A DNA stretch of 64,000 bases from Candidatus Brocadiia bacterium (GCA_050015075.1 JBEKCB010000001.1:128001-192000); one strand, 5' to 3'; positions 1-9,135 are shown, counted from the stretch's first letter. Numbers and translations are program-made. Notes: generated from the sequence alone by a model not told the origin.

Positions 1-189
1 AGGCCGAAACGCAAGGAAACCGCCGCGCCCAAGGACGCTCATCTCCGCGACCTGGAGGACCGCGCCCGCCAGCGCCTGGGAACGAAGGTTGATGTCGAGT
101 ACCAGGACGGCAAAGGCCGGATCACCGTCCACCTGTTTTCCGATGACGACTTCCAGCGCGTCCTGGATGTGCTTGGCATTTCCGGCTGA
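1..189 (+). CDS. parB: ParB/Spo0J chromosome partitioning protein, C-terminal end (partial)
   Basis: Frame 1 reads ...DAHLRDLEDRARQRLGTKVDVEYQDGKGRITVHLFSDDDFQRVLDVLGISG*, the typical ParB C-terminal dimerisation domain. Confidence 0.8.
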   Translation, partial: RPKRKETAAPKDAHLRDLEDRARQRLGTKVDVEYQDGKGRITVHLFSDDDFQRVLDVLGISG

Positions 190-613
190 CCCAACCAGCG
201 CAGTGGTTCGTTATATGTTAGTGTTATATGCGCGCCTTTTCGCATGCTATCCTGTCACCTTTGTGAAACCGACTGTGTCCGGGCTGAGACTGGAATCTGT
301 ATATTTCGGTACCGGATGCACAACGCGATCGTTCGCGCGGTAAAACCGGCGCGGGACCTGGATCTTGGGCGGCGAGAATCGGCGGAACCCGGCGGCCGAG
401 TTCGGCCGACTCGACTTTGATCCGCTCGGCGGCGAAAAAACTCCGTTCTGCGGCCGAGAGTGGATGCGAACGGAGGAAACTGGTCGCGCGTCCGCGGTCT
501 TTCGGGGATCGGCTGGCGTATTACCTTGTATTACGCCCCGAATGCAATGCAGCATCCGGGCGGACCGGCCTCGACATGGCCGGTTGCCCATGAGGAGAAA
601 TTCAACGAGGGTC

Positions 614-704
614 TTTTGACGCGATTCGCCGGATTCACGGGATTCCTGCGCGCGGCAATGGCAGCCGCGGCGACTCGATCCCCTTGATACGGCGATCCTG
701 TCAA
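614..704. repeat. 91-bp imperfect hairpin element with 9-nt periodicity (GACGGGATT...ATCCTGTC), copy 1
   Basis: Colinear and ungapped with 1293-1383; 70/91 identical by manual count. Confidence 0.75.
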
Positions 705-724
705 TGACAGATCGGAGAAACGAG

Positions 725-1273
725 ATGACGAAGAAAGCTGAAGCCGTTGAAACCGCGTCCATCGCCGCGCTGAGGCCTCGTCGGCGCCTCGCGCGCCTGG
801 CGGGATTGGCCTGCGTGCTGCTCGCGCTCCTCTCCTTCGGCGCCTGCTCGATCCTGCCGGCGGAACACGCGACGGACCCGGCCAGGGAGCGAAGCCTCCG
901 CCTCATCGCGCGAGAGCCGAACCGCCTGACGTTCAAATTCGTCGCCCACTCCAGACCCGGCGCGGCGCCCGTCGGCCTGACGTTCTGGCTTGGCGACAAG
1001 GAGCATACCATTATCAGCTTGTCGGCCGAACGCGGCACCACGGTGCTGGAGTACACGCCCGAAGGGCTTTTCTGGACAACGGAATGGCCGCCGGAAGGGG
1101 TATTCGCAAAAACCGGCCACATGCGCGCCGGCCCGATGCCGCTCAGCGACTTCGCCTTCCGCCCCGATCCGCTGGTGCCGGACGCCGACGGCCGCCTGGC
1201 CATCGCCGACGGCGCCCGGCCGGGCGGACCGAAGGTCACGATTTACCTGAGCATCGCAGACTTTGAACTATGA
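725..1273 (+). CDS. hypothetical lipoprotein
   Basis: Basic N-region, hydrophobic stretch and lipobox-like LSFGAC; start could be 704. Confidence 0.6.
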   Translation: MTKKAEAVETASIAALRPRRRLARLAGLACVLLALLSFGACSILPAEHATDPARERSLRLIAREPNRLTFKFVAHSRPGAAPVGLTFWLGDKEHTIISLSAERGTTVLEYTPEGLFWTTEWPPEGVFAKTGHMRAGPMPLSDFAFRPDPLVPDADGRLAIADGARPGGPKVTIYLSIADFEL

Positions 1274-1292
1274 TCGAAATTTGACGGGAGAG

Positions 1293-1383
1293 TTTTGACG
1301 GGATTTACCTGATGCACGGGATTTCTGCTAACGGCGACGGTGGCCGACGGGATTTGATCCACTTGATCCTGCGATCCTGTCAA
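1293..1383. repeat. 91-bp imperfect hairpin element, copy 2
   Basis: Direct repeat of 614-704. Confidence 0.75.
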
Positions 1384-1445
1384 AACTGTTATGCCGGACG
1401 AATTCGTGAGGGAAATCGAGGGACAGCAAGCTCGTGGAGCGGTGC

Positions 1446-1474
1446 TTGACAATGCCTCTGCTCAGGGATAGACT
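1446..1474 (+). promoter_or_regulatory. sigma70-type promoter (first copy of a duplicated promoter)
   Basis: TTGACA-17 nt-TAGACT; CTTGACAATGCCTCTGC recurs exactly at 4008-4024. Confidence 0.6.
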
Positions 1475-1538
1475 CCGGTTGGCCTAGGCGGGCGCAGCCC
1501 CAAAGGTCGCGCCGGCGGGTGAACTGACGGATACGATA

Positions 1539-1904
1539 ATGCTCGGCACAACATACAGAGTTGCGGATACCTTCGACCGGTCGGAACACGTCGTTCTGTA
1601 CCCCGGAGATTGTCTCGACCTTCTCAGGACGATACGCGATGGCACCATTCAACTGGTAGTCACTTCACCTCCTTACAACATCGGCAAAGAATACGAACAA
1701 CGTCTTGATCTGGAAAACTACCTGGAGCAGCAAGCGAAGGTCATTCGCGAATGCGCACGGACGGTCGCTCCGACCGGAAGCATCTGCTGGCAGGTGGGTA
1801 ATTACGTTGATAAAGGGGCAATTATACCCCTGGCTACGCTGCTTTACACCTTCTTCAGCAAACTCGGCCTAAGAATGAGAAACCGCAGTGCCGAATCCTG
1901 CTAA
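1539..1904 (+). pseudogene. truncated beta-class N4/N6 DNA methyltransferase (BglII/BstYI-like MTase N-terminal half)
   Basis: GDCLDLL...LVVTSPPYNIGKEYE...GSICWQVGNY motifs; stops after MRNR, lacking the target-recognition region and the FxGxG SAM-binding motif. Confidence 0.75.
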
Positions 1905-2808
1905 AGTCGCCTTTATAGACGAGTTGAAAAGACGGTTTGGGGCAATCCGTAAGCTGGAGAATAGCCAATCACTCTACGAAGCAGGCGGAGGCCGAGCGCG
2001 CTTATACTTTCGCTACTCCAAGAGACATCCGCGGAATCGCACCTTCTTCGGGCTAAGGAAAGTTGATCTTCAGGCTCTTGAAGGGCACGACGGCATTCTC
2101 TGCTTCTTTTGGGATGGACAGCGGGAACCGCTATTCGTACCCTACGGAGAATTCGAGGACATTTTTGCAGGACTGAGTCCTGCAAGTGATGGTCAGTACA
2201 AAGCGCAAGTGTATGAGGAAGCAGATGGAACGGAGCTCTACATTGCCAACGCTGGCAGATTCAATGTGGAAAGTTATCTCGGTTGGAGCTACCTCGAGTC
2301 GATCATGGGGCCTTCTCCCAATGTATATCCAGAACTGAACCATTTTCAGGTACAGACGCTACTTGGCGCGATAGGTGCCGCAAAAGGGTTCGATATATGG
2401 ATACCGTCGAACGACAGAGCCAATCTCGACTGGGGCCTCACAGGACCGTTTCGGGTATCGAACGCTCTTCCCTCACGTCTACAGCCCGTAAGAGAAGTCG
2501 CTGAAGAAATTGATGTGATTTGGATTGCTCGTGGCGGAGATCGTCCCGCTGCACTTTACGAAGTTGAACATTCGACGCCGATTTATTCTGGCTTATTGCG
2601 ATTCAACGACGTCTTCCTCGTACTTCCGACCGTGCCAATGCGTTACGGAATAGTGTCTAATGATAACCGAAGGTCCCTTTTCGTAAGGCAAATCTCGCGG
2701 CCGACATTCAAGGCAAGCGGGCTAAGGGAGAATTGCACATTTCTTGAATACCGTAACGTATTCGGATGGCACCAAAGGCTGAACACTGGGGGCAATCAAG
2801 GTGAATAA
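1888..2808 (+). CDS. putative restriction endonuclease-like PD-(D/E)xK protein
   Basis: C-terminal EEIDVIW...YEVEHSTPIYSGLLRFND motif; overlaps the MTase remnant; lower GC than the backbone. Confidence 0.6.
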   Translation: MPNPAKVAFIDELKRRFGAIRKLENSQSLYEAGGGRARLYFRYSKRHPRNRTFFGLRKVDLQALEGHDGILCFFWDGQREPLFVPYGEFEDIFAGLSPASDGQYKAQVYEEADGTELYIANAGRFNVESYLGWSYLESIMGPSPNVYPELNHFQVQTLLGAIGAAKGFDIWIPSNDRANLDWGLTGPFRVSNALPSRLQPVREVAEEIDVIWIARGGDRPAALYEVEHSTPIYSGLLRFNDVFLVLPTVPMRYGIVSNDNRRSLFVRQISRPTFKASGLRENCTFLEYRNVFGWHQRLNTGGNQGE

Positions 2809-3112
2809 GCAAGCCGAAACAGTATATGTGGCGGTCTTCGTAGCGCGCGGATTTGTTTCAGAAATTCGGGCCTACAACGGACCGAGAGCCGCCAGGCGGC
2901 AGGAAAGAGCTTGGCGTCGCAAGATGAACCCTGATTACGATGAAACTGGCTGGGCTTGTGTCAACGTCAGGCAAATGTCCGACGCAAAGCGCCAAAGTGT
3001 GCAAAGAAGAAAGCAGCGTGACGCCGAGTTCCGGGGCGTCATTTGCAGTCAACTGAAAGATTTGAATATGCCGCCCCATAATACCGTCCGCGTAACACTT
3101 CCGCGCGTCTAG
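2801..3112 (+). CDS. small hypothetical protein (possibly chimeric or degenerate)
   Basis: 103-aa ORF overlapping the upstream stop; no recognisable motif. Confidence 0.35.
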   Translation: MNKQAETVYVAVFVARGFVSEIRAYNGPRAARRQERAWRRKMNPDYDETGWACVNVRQMSDAKRQSVQRRKQRDAEFRGVICSQLKDLNMPPHNTVRVTLPRV

Positions 3113-3415
3113 TAACAGTGCGCGGTAAGAGAGTACTCTCGATGCTTAACCGGTTCCTCAAGGAAACCTACCAAGTTACGTTTTCGGCTAACGCGTTTAT
3201 AGAATGTCACCGTAAAGAGGAAGCCCTGAGAGAAGTTCTTGAACTGATAGATGAATTGGACAAGTTCCGGTAGAGGTACTTCGCGGGACACAACACATCA
3301 ATTATCCTTGGCGAATTCGCTGAAATGTCGGGGCGGCGCTCGTAAGAAAGGATGAAGGCTGAAGTCGGAAGGATGAAGTTATATCTGAGTAGCACCTGTC
3401 TGCAAGCCACAGCTG

Positions 3416-3613
3416 TCAACCAGCTACCTGGAACTCCATGCTGCGCGCTTCGGCTACGCGGTGAGAGGCATCGAGCACCTCGATTGAAATGAGGTTGCCT
3501 TCGGCATCGTAGTCCAGAATGACGCCGGGCTTGTCCTCGTCGCTTTCCGCCACCGGGCCGGGCTTGAACACCACCGTCAACGTGTCGGTTCGCGCATCGT
3601 AGGTCGCCTTCAT
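3416..3613 (-). CDS. DUF2283 family protein (putative antitoxin)
   Basis: MKATYDARTDTL...ESDEDKPGVILDYDAEGNLISIEVLDAS signature. Confidence 0.85.
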   Translation of the reverse strand: MKATYDARTDTLTVVFKPGPVAESDEDKPGVILDYDAEGNLISIEVLDASHRVAEARSMEFQVAG

Positions 3614-3870
3614 GGCTGGCTCCTGTACTTTTCGATTTTGCGGGTTCGGTAGACCGTGACGACCTCCGGCGGGTGCCGGTCCACGTCCACAAAGACACGG
3701 ACAAGGAAACCGTCGGCGATGGCCTGCGCGACGACGCGGCCGGCGCGCACGGGGAGAATCTGCTCCGGCTTGCTCAGAACCGCGCGAACGGATGCTTCGT
3801 TCAACTGGCGTCTCCGCATCTGTTTGCGCGCGTGATCCGTCAAGACGGCTTCGCGAAGGTCGTTCTCCAC
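3610..3870 (-). CDS. DUF4258 family protein (putative RelE-like toxin)
   Basis: LTDHARKQMRRR...LVRVFVD...VVTVYRT; ATGA overlap with DUF2283; TGnTATAAT lies just upstream of GTG 3870. Confidence 0.8.
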   Translation of the reverse strand: MENDLREAVLTDHARKQMRRRQLNEASVRAVLSKPEQILPVRAGRVVAQAIADGFLVRVFVDVDRHPPEVVTVYRTRKIEKYRSQP

Positions 3871-4008
3871 GGCTTGATTATAACACCTTTTCTTCATATG
3901 GCAACTGCTTGAACGGTACTTCGCTGGATAGTTTTGAAGCCGGAAGGCGGAAGGATGAAGCTGAACCTGAGCGGCGGCAGCACAGGCGAGGCGCCTTTGC
4001 CACGCCTC

Positions 4009-4037
4009 TTGACAATGCCTCTGCGCGCCGATACAGT
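4009..4037 (+). promoter_or_regulatory. sigma70-type promoter for the amidohydrolase gene (second copy of the duplicated promoter)
   Basis: TTGACA-17 nt-TACAGT. Confidence 0.6.
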
Positions 4038-4110
4038 CGGCTAAGTCGTGCGGGAAATCCCGGTCATCGCCTGACGCCCGCTGCGACCTGCGGAACGGAG
4101 GTCTTCACCG

Positions 4111-4851
4111 ATGATCATTGATTCTCACGCGCATTTGAAGCACGGGGACGCGGGGCATACGGAGTATTTGCCGGGACAGATTATCGCTACGATGGATGCG
4201 GCGGGGATTGATCGGGCGGTGGTGTTCGGGATCTGCACTACGCCGGAGCGCGCGATCGAGATGGCGCGGGCGGCGGCGGAGAGGTTCCCGAAGCGGCTGA
4301 TCCCTTACGCTTACGGGCTGCCCAGCTATTCGGGCGACGTGCTGCGGATGGTCGAGAGGGCTGTGCGCGATTACGGGTTCAAGGGAATTAAGATTCACGC
4401 GGGCGAGTGCACTCTGTCGGATTACGTGAGCGACCCGATTTTCGCGCTGGCCGGCGACCTGGGCGTGCCCTGCTTGGTGGATTGCTGCGGGAACTGCGCG
4501 GCGATGGAGCGGCCGGCGGCCAAGTTCCCTAAGACGCGGTTTATCGTGGCGCACCTGGGCTTGTACCTGGCGACGGACGTGCGGGTGATTGATAGTTTCA
4601 TCGCGATGGCGGAACGGCACGCGAATGTGCTGCTGGACGTGAGCGGGGTGGTGCAGTCGTGGAAGGTTCGCGAGGCGGTGCAGCGGATCGGCTCGTCGCG
4701 GATTGTCTGGGGCACGGACGGGCCGCATCCATGTCCGGATACCGCGACTTTCGCGCGCGACGAACTGGCGAGGGTCCGCGCGCTGGGGCTGGCGCCTGCG
4801 GATGAGGAGGCGGTGCTCGGCGGCTCGATCGCGCGCTTGCTCGGACTATAA
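4111..4851 (+). CDS. amidohydrolase family (TIM-barrel metal-dependent hydrolase, Amidohydro_2)
   Basis: MIIDSHAH, GFKGIKIH, FIVAHLG, IVWGTDGP motifs. Confidence 0.85.
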   Translation: MIIDSHAHLKHGDAGHTEYLPGQIIATMDAAGIDRAVVFGICTTPERAIEMARAAAERFPKRLIPYAYGLPSYSGDVLRMVERAVRDYGFKGIKIHAGECTLSDYVSDPIFALAGDLGVPCLVDCCGNCAAMERPAAKFPKTRFIVAHLGLYLATDVRVIDSFIAMAERHANVLLDVSGVVQSWKVREAVQRIGSSRIVWGTDGPHPCPDTATFARDELARVRALGLAPADEEAVLGGSIARLLGL

Positions 4852-4907
4852 TAGAGTGCGGACCGCGGAGTGCGGACTGCGGAGTGTAAAATCGGGAGAG
4901 ATAATTG

Positions 4908-6674
4908 ATGCATTGCGCCTTACGAATGCGGGGGATTGTTTTCATGACTCTTGCGTTGTCTGCGGCCGGCCGCGGGTATGCCGATAATCTGGTGAAAGTC
5001 TCGGGGTGGGAGTTGTACCAGAGCGGCGGCGGCGTGGCGGAGATGAAGACGGACGCCGCCGGCGACGCGCTGACCGTGACGATTACGAAGGCGACGTCGC
5101 CGTTCTACCTGATTCAACTGAGCCAGGCGCTGGGCGCGCCGGCGGCGGAAGGGGACCGACTCCGGTTTTCGTTTCGCGCGCGCTCGGCGAGCGGGAATCC
5201 GCTGCGGGCCGTGATCGAGCTGAGCGGTCCGCCGTTTGACGCGGTGACGGATGTCAACGTGACGGCCACGCCCGAATGGCGCGAGTACTCGACGGAGTCC
5301 GAGACGAACCGGGCGTACGAATCCGGCGGCCTGAGCGCGCGCTTGCAGTGCGGCGGGCAGCCCGGCGTCATCGAGTTCGCGGCGCTGCGCGTCGAAAATC
5401 TCGGTCCCGATCCGAAGGCGGCCGCGGCGCGCGCGGCGATCGAACCGGCGGCGGTCGAGGAGCGTATCCGCAAGATCCGGAGCGGAGATATGCGCCTGGT
5501 GGTCCGCGGCGCGGACGGGAAGGCGGTCCCCGGCGCGGACGTCCGCGTGGAGATGACGCGCAGCGAGTTTCTTTTCGGCTGCAATATTTTCATGCTGAAT
5601 CCGTCCAACACGGAGCCGTGGCAGATCGCGTACCAGAAGGAATTCACGGACCTGCTCAACTACGCGACGCTTCCGTTCTACTGGGGAGCGTTTGAGCCGG
5701 AGCGCGGCAAGCCGCAGTACGAACGGCTCGAAGCGATGGCGCGCTGGTGCCGCGATCACGGGATCGAACGGAAAGGGCATCCGCTGGTCTGGCACGAGGT
5801 GTGGCCGAAGTGGGCGCCGACGGGGGCGGATGAGGCGATTCCACTTCTGCGCGAGCGCGTGCTGGCGATCATCCGGCACTATCGCGGACTGATCAGCTAC
5901 TGGGACGTGCTGAACGAGGCGAACAACGCGGTGAACTACGCCGACCGCGCCGGCGAGGGCGCATGGATCAAGCGCGATGGCGCGGCGGCGGTGGTCGCCA
6001 CGGCGCTCGGGTGGGCGCGCGAGGCTGCCGGCTCGGACCACGACACGCTGCTGTACAACGATTTCAATACGGGCGACGCCAACATGCAGCTGCTCGGGCA
6101 GCTCCGGGAACGCAACGCGCTGCCGGACGCGATCGGAATCCAGTCGCACATGCACGACGGCGTCTGGCCGCTGCGCAGCGTGTGGGAGACCTGCGAGCGC
6201 TTCGCGGCTTTCAACCGGCCGATTCATTTCACGGAAACGACGGTGCTGAGTTCGATGAAGAAGCCGAAATCTTACGATGACGTCCCGCGCGGCGACTGGC
6301 CGACGACGCCGGAAGGCGAAGCGGCGCAGGCGGAATATGTCGAGAAGTTTTATGCGCTGCTGTTCAGCCATCCGGCGGTGCAGGCGATCACGTGGTGGGA
6401 TTTCAGCGACCGCGGCGCGTGGCGCAATGCGCCGTCGGGGCTGGTCCGCGAGGACATGTCGCCGAAGCCGGCGTACGAAAAGCTGCACGCGCTGATCCGC
6501 GGAAAGTGGTGGACGAACGCGGGCGGAAAGAGCGATGCGGCCGGGATATTCTCAACGCGCGCGTTCTACGGCGATTATCGGATCGTCGTGACCTCCGCCG
6601 ACGGCCGCCGCGCCGAAACGGCCGCGCATTTTTCGTCCGGTACGCGGGGACCGATCGAGGTGAAGCTGCCGTAA
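4908..6674 (+). CDS. secreted GH10 glycoside hydrolase (xylanase-like) with N-terminal CBM4/9-like domain
   Basis: Signal peptide; GHPLVWH, WDVLNE (acid/base), GIQSHMH, IHFTE (nucleophile), ITWWDFSD. Confidence 0.85.
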   Translation: MHCALRMRGIVFMTLALSAAGRGYADNLVKVSGWELYQSGGGVAEMKTDAAGDALTVTITKATSPFYLIQLSQALGAPAAEGDRLRFSFRARSASGNPLRAVIELSGPPFDAVTDVNVTATPEWREYSTESETNRAYESGGLSARLQCGGQPGVIEFAALRVENLGPDPKAAAARAAIEPAAVEERIRKIRSGDMRLVVRGADGKAVPGADVRVEMTRSEFLFGCNIFMLNPSNTEPWQIAYQKEFTDLLNYATLPFYWGAFEPERGKPQYERLEAMARWCRDHGIERKGHPLVWHEVWPKWAPTGADEAIPLLRERVLAIIRHYRGLISYWDVLNEANNAVNYADRAGEGAWIKRDGAAAVVATALGWAREAAGSDHDTLLYNDFNTGDANMQLLGQLRERNALPDAIGIQSHMHDGVWPLRSVWETCERFAAFNRPIHFTETTVLSSMKKPKSYDDVPRGDWPTTPEGEAAQAEYVEKFYALLFSHPAVQAITWWDFSDRGAWRNAPSGLVREDMSPKPAYEKLHALIRGKWWTNAGGKSDAAGIFSTRAFYGDYRIVVTSADGRRAETAAHFSSGTRGPIEVKLP

Positions 6675-6677
6675 CAG

Positions 6678-6940
6678 TTTTGCCACGGATTACGCGGATT
6701 TACACGGATTACCGGCGGGGAGATTGGAAAAAAGAAACGGCTTTCTGCCACGGATTTCACGGATGGCCACGGATTACCGGCGGCGGACTTGAAAAACGAA
6801 ACGACTTTTGCCGCGGATTTCACGGATGGCCACGGATTACCGGAAAATCAAGGCAACGGCCGGTTCTAGTTTTGCAGTTCGTTGCCGGTAATCCGTGGAA
6901 ATCCGTGTAATCCGTGGCTAAGTTTGCGTTATCCGTGGCG
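6678..6940. repeat. CACGGATT 9-mer hairpin element with three tandem ~63-bp left arms and an inverted right arm
   Basis: TGCCACGGATTTCACGGATGGCCACGGATTACCGG repeated, then AATCCGTG units; same family at 52481-52624. Confidence 0.8.
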
Positions 6941-6954
6941 AGAAAAAACGGAGA

Positions 6955-8259
6955 ATGAACGCTATGTCTGCGAAAGGGCTTGGCTTCAAGGAACGCGCGC
7001 TGACGGAAGATGAGGTGCGGCAGATTTTCACCCGCGCGATTGACGCGGCGGCGCTGCGCGGGAAGCGGGTGGTCTGCCTGCTCCCGGACAGCACGCGCAC
7101 CTGCCCGCTGCCGATGCTGTTCCGGCTAATGTGCGAGACGGCCGGCGCGGTCGCGTCGAAACTCGACTTTATCATCGCGCTCGGCACCCATCCGCCGATG
7201 AGCGACGAGGCGATCAACCTGATGCTGAGAATCCCCGCCGGCGAGCGCAAGACCAAGTTCGGCAAGTTCGGCATCTTCAACCATCGCTGGGACGAGCCGA
7301 AGGAGCTCAAGGTCATCGGCACGATCCCGGCCGACGAGGTGGAGCGCATCTCGCACTGCCTGCTGAAAGAGGACGTGCGCGTGGAGGTCAACCGGCGGCT
7401 GGACGAGTACGACCAGGTCGTCATCATCGGGCCGACGTTCCCGCACGAGGTGATCGGGTTCTCCGGCGGCAACAAGTATTTCTTCCCGGGCATTTCGGGG
7501 CCGGAAGTGCTGAACTTCTTCCACTGGCTCGGGGCGATGATGACGATCCCGGTGATCATCGGCGCGAAGCGCACGCCGGTGCGGCAGGTGGTGGACAAGG
7601 CGGCCGAGTTCATCACGATGCCGAAGCTCTGCTTCAGCCTGGTGATCCACCACGCGGAGATTTACGGCCTGTACGCCGGGACGCCCGAAGAGGCGTACGA
7701 CCGCGCCGCCGATCTCTCGCGGGAGCTGCACATCACGTACGTGCAGAAGCCGTTCCGCCGCGTGCTCTCGTGCGCGCCGGAGATGTACGACGACATCTGG
7801 ACGGCCGGCAAGTGCATGTACAAGCTCGAGCCGGCGCTCGCCGACGGCGCGGAGCTTGTGATCTACGCGCCGCACATCACCGAGGTCTCGTACACGCACG
7901 GCAAAGTGCTCGACCGGATCGGGTATCACGTGCGCGACTATTTCCGGACGCGGATGGGCCTGTTCAAAGAGTATCCGCGCGGCGTGATAGCGCATTCGAC
8001 GCATGTCAAGGGAATCGGCACGTTCAAGGACGGCGTCGAGAAGCCGCGCGTGAACGTGGTCCTGGCGACGCAGATCCCGAAGGAGCGCTGCGAGCGGATC
8101 AACCTGGGCTACCTGGACCCGCGCTCGATCAAGCCGGCCGAGTGGGACGGCCGCGAGTCCGAAGGCGTGGTGCGCATCCCGAAGGCCGGCGAGGTGCTCT
8201 ACCGCCTGGCCGACGGCACCGTCCCGCGGATTCCCGGGGATGACGGGTACGAGCTGTAG
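6955..8259 (+). CDS. lactate racemase (LarA/DUF2088) domain protein
   Basis: PDSTRT, IALGTH, FPHEVIGFSGGNKYFFPG motifs. Confidence 0.8.
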   Translation: MNAMSAKGLGFKERALTEDEVRQIFTRAIDAAALRGKRVVCLLPDSTRTCPLPMLFRLMCETAGAVASKLDFIIALGTHPPMSDEAINLMLRIPAGERKTKFGKFGIFNHRWDEPKELKVIGTIPADEVERISHCLLKEDVRVEVNRRLDEYDQVVIIGPTFPHEVIGFSGGNKYFFPGISGPEVLNFFHWLGAMMTIPVIIGAKRTPVRQVVDKAAEFITMPKLCFSLVIHHAEIYGLYAGTPEEAYDRAADLSRELHITYVQKPFRRVLSCAPEMYDDIWTAGKCMYKLEPALADGAELVIYAPHITEVSYTHGKVLDRIGYHVRDYFRTRMGLFKEYPRGVIAHSTHVKGIGTFKDGVEKPRVNVVLATQIPKERCERINLGYLDPRSIKPAEWDGRESEGVVRIPKAGEVLYRLADGTVPRIPGDDGYEL

Positions 8260-8389
8260 GACTTCCGCGGCGCGGGAGGATGATTCGGCCGAGCGCGCGG
8301 TGTGCTCGTCCTCGTCGTCGTCCTCGTCCTCGAACGGCTGTAACGAACGGCCGAGGACGAGGACGACGACGAGGACGAGAACGATTGGG
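8231..8389. repeat. direct repeat copy 1 (larA-like 3' end plus CTCGTC/GACGAG hairpin) upstream of hicBA
   Basis: Colinear with 9001-9135, including the unique loop AACGGCTGTAACGAACGGCCG. Confidence 0.8.
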
Positions 8390-8501
8390 CGGTGTTGACC
8401 GACGGACAGGAATTCGGGCGTATGCTATAATACGTTTAGCCCGAGCATAAAGACCCGGAGAACCGGAACCGGCGGACGGGATGATTGCGGGGAGCGCGCG
8501 A

Positions 8502-8741
8502 ATGAAATTCTATTCGTTTCAGATTGTGATCGAGAAAGAAACCGAGGACGAGGGCTATTACGCCTACAGTCCGACGCTGCCGGGCTGTTTCAGCAACGGG
8601 AAAACCATCGAGGAAGCCCGCCGCAACATGCGGGAAGCGGTTGAACAACACGTCCAGTCGCTTCTCAAGCGCTCCCAGAAGATCCCGCAGGACGACAAAC
8701 TGGTGCACGTTGAAGAGCTGACCGTGGGCGTGCCCGGATGA
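8502..8741 (+). CDS. hicB: HicB family antitoxin
   Basis: GYYAYSPTLPGCFSNGKTIEEARRNMREAV. Confidence 0.85.
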   Translation: MKFYSFQIVIEKETEDEGYYAYSPTLPGCFSNGKTIEEARRNMREAVEQHVQSLLKRSQKIPQDDKLVHVEELTVGVPG

Positions 8742-8965
8742 GCCGCATGCCGCAGGTCAAGGCCGGCGAGCTTGTGCGATTTCTTAAAGCGCGAGGCTTT
8801 GTCGAAGACCGGCAAAGCGGCAGCCACTTGACGCTCTGGCACGAAGGGCGCAAAGTCTCCATCACCGTTCCCATCCACAAAGGTTGCGATATCGGTCGCG
8901 GCCTGGCGCTTCGTATCCTCCGGGATTCCGGGTTCAGTGTGGACGAGTTCCTGGAAGGCCGATGA
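8738..8965 (+). CDS. hicA: HicA family toxin (mRNA interferase)
   Basis: GF..DRQSGSH...TVPIH..DI.RG.L.RILRD.G. Confidence 0.85.
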   Translation: MSRMPQVKAGELVRFLKARGFVEDRQSGSHLTLWHEGRKVSITVPIHKGCDIGRGLALRILRDSGFSVDEFLEGR

Positions 8966-9000
8966 ACTCAAGGCCGAAGCGGCAGCCGGGGCACACTTAA

Positions 9001-9135
9001 ATCCCGACGACGAGGGATGCACGCTCTGAGGCTGCGGCGGCGCGGGGGATGATTCGGACGGCTCGTGCTCGTCCTCGAACGGCTGTAACGAACGGCCGAG
9101 GACGAGGACGAGTTCGAGGACGAGGACGATTGGGC
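9001..9135. repeat. direct repeat copy 2 downstream of hicBA
   Basis: Degenerate copy of 8231-8389, with a stop codon at the equivalent position. Confidence 0.8.

Noticed and set aside
205-240. AT-rich GTTATATG direct repeat after parB, resembling dif, parS or oriC
   Set aside because: There is only a partial XerC-arm resemblance on the minus strand, and I found no XerD arm, no TGTTTCACGTGAAACA parS and no DnaA boxes.
3121-3273. Plus-strand fragment RGKRVLSMLNRFLKETYQVTF...ELIDELDKFR*, possibly the C-terminus of a deleted defence ATPase/nuclease
   Set aside because: It is too short to assign by eye, so it is not listed as a feature.
6678-6843. Three ~35-bp repeats at a 63-65-bp period resembling a CRISPR array
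   Set aside because: The 'spacers' resemble each other, the repeat is internally 9-mer periodic and has an inverted arm downstream, and no cas genes are present. It is a tandemly amplified hairpin arm.
614-9135. Classical integron interpretation of the repeat-gene-repeat units
   Set aside because: There is no IntI tyrosine recombinase, the repeats lack the RYYYAAC...GTTRRRY attC boundaries, and the repeats differ between cassettes.
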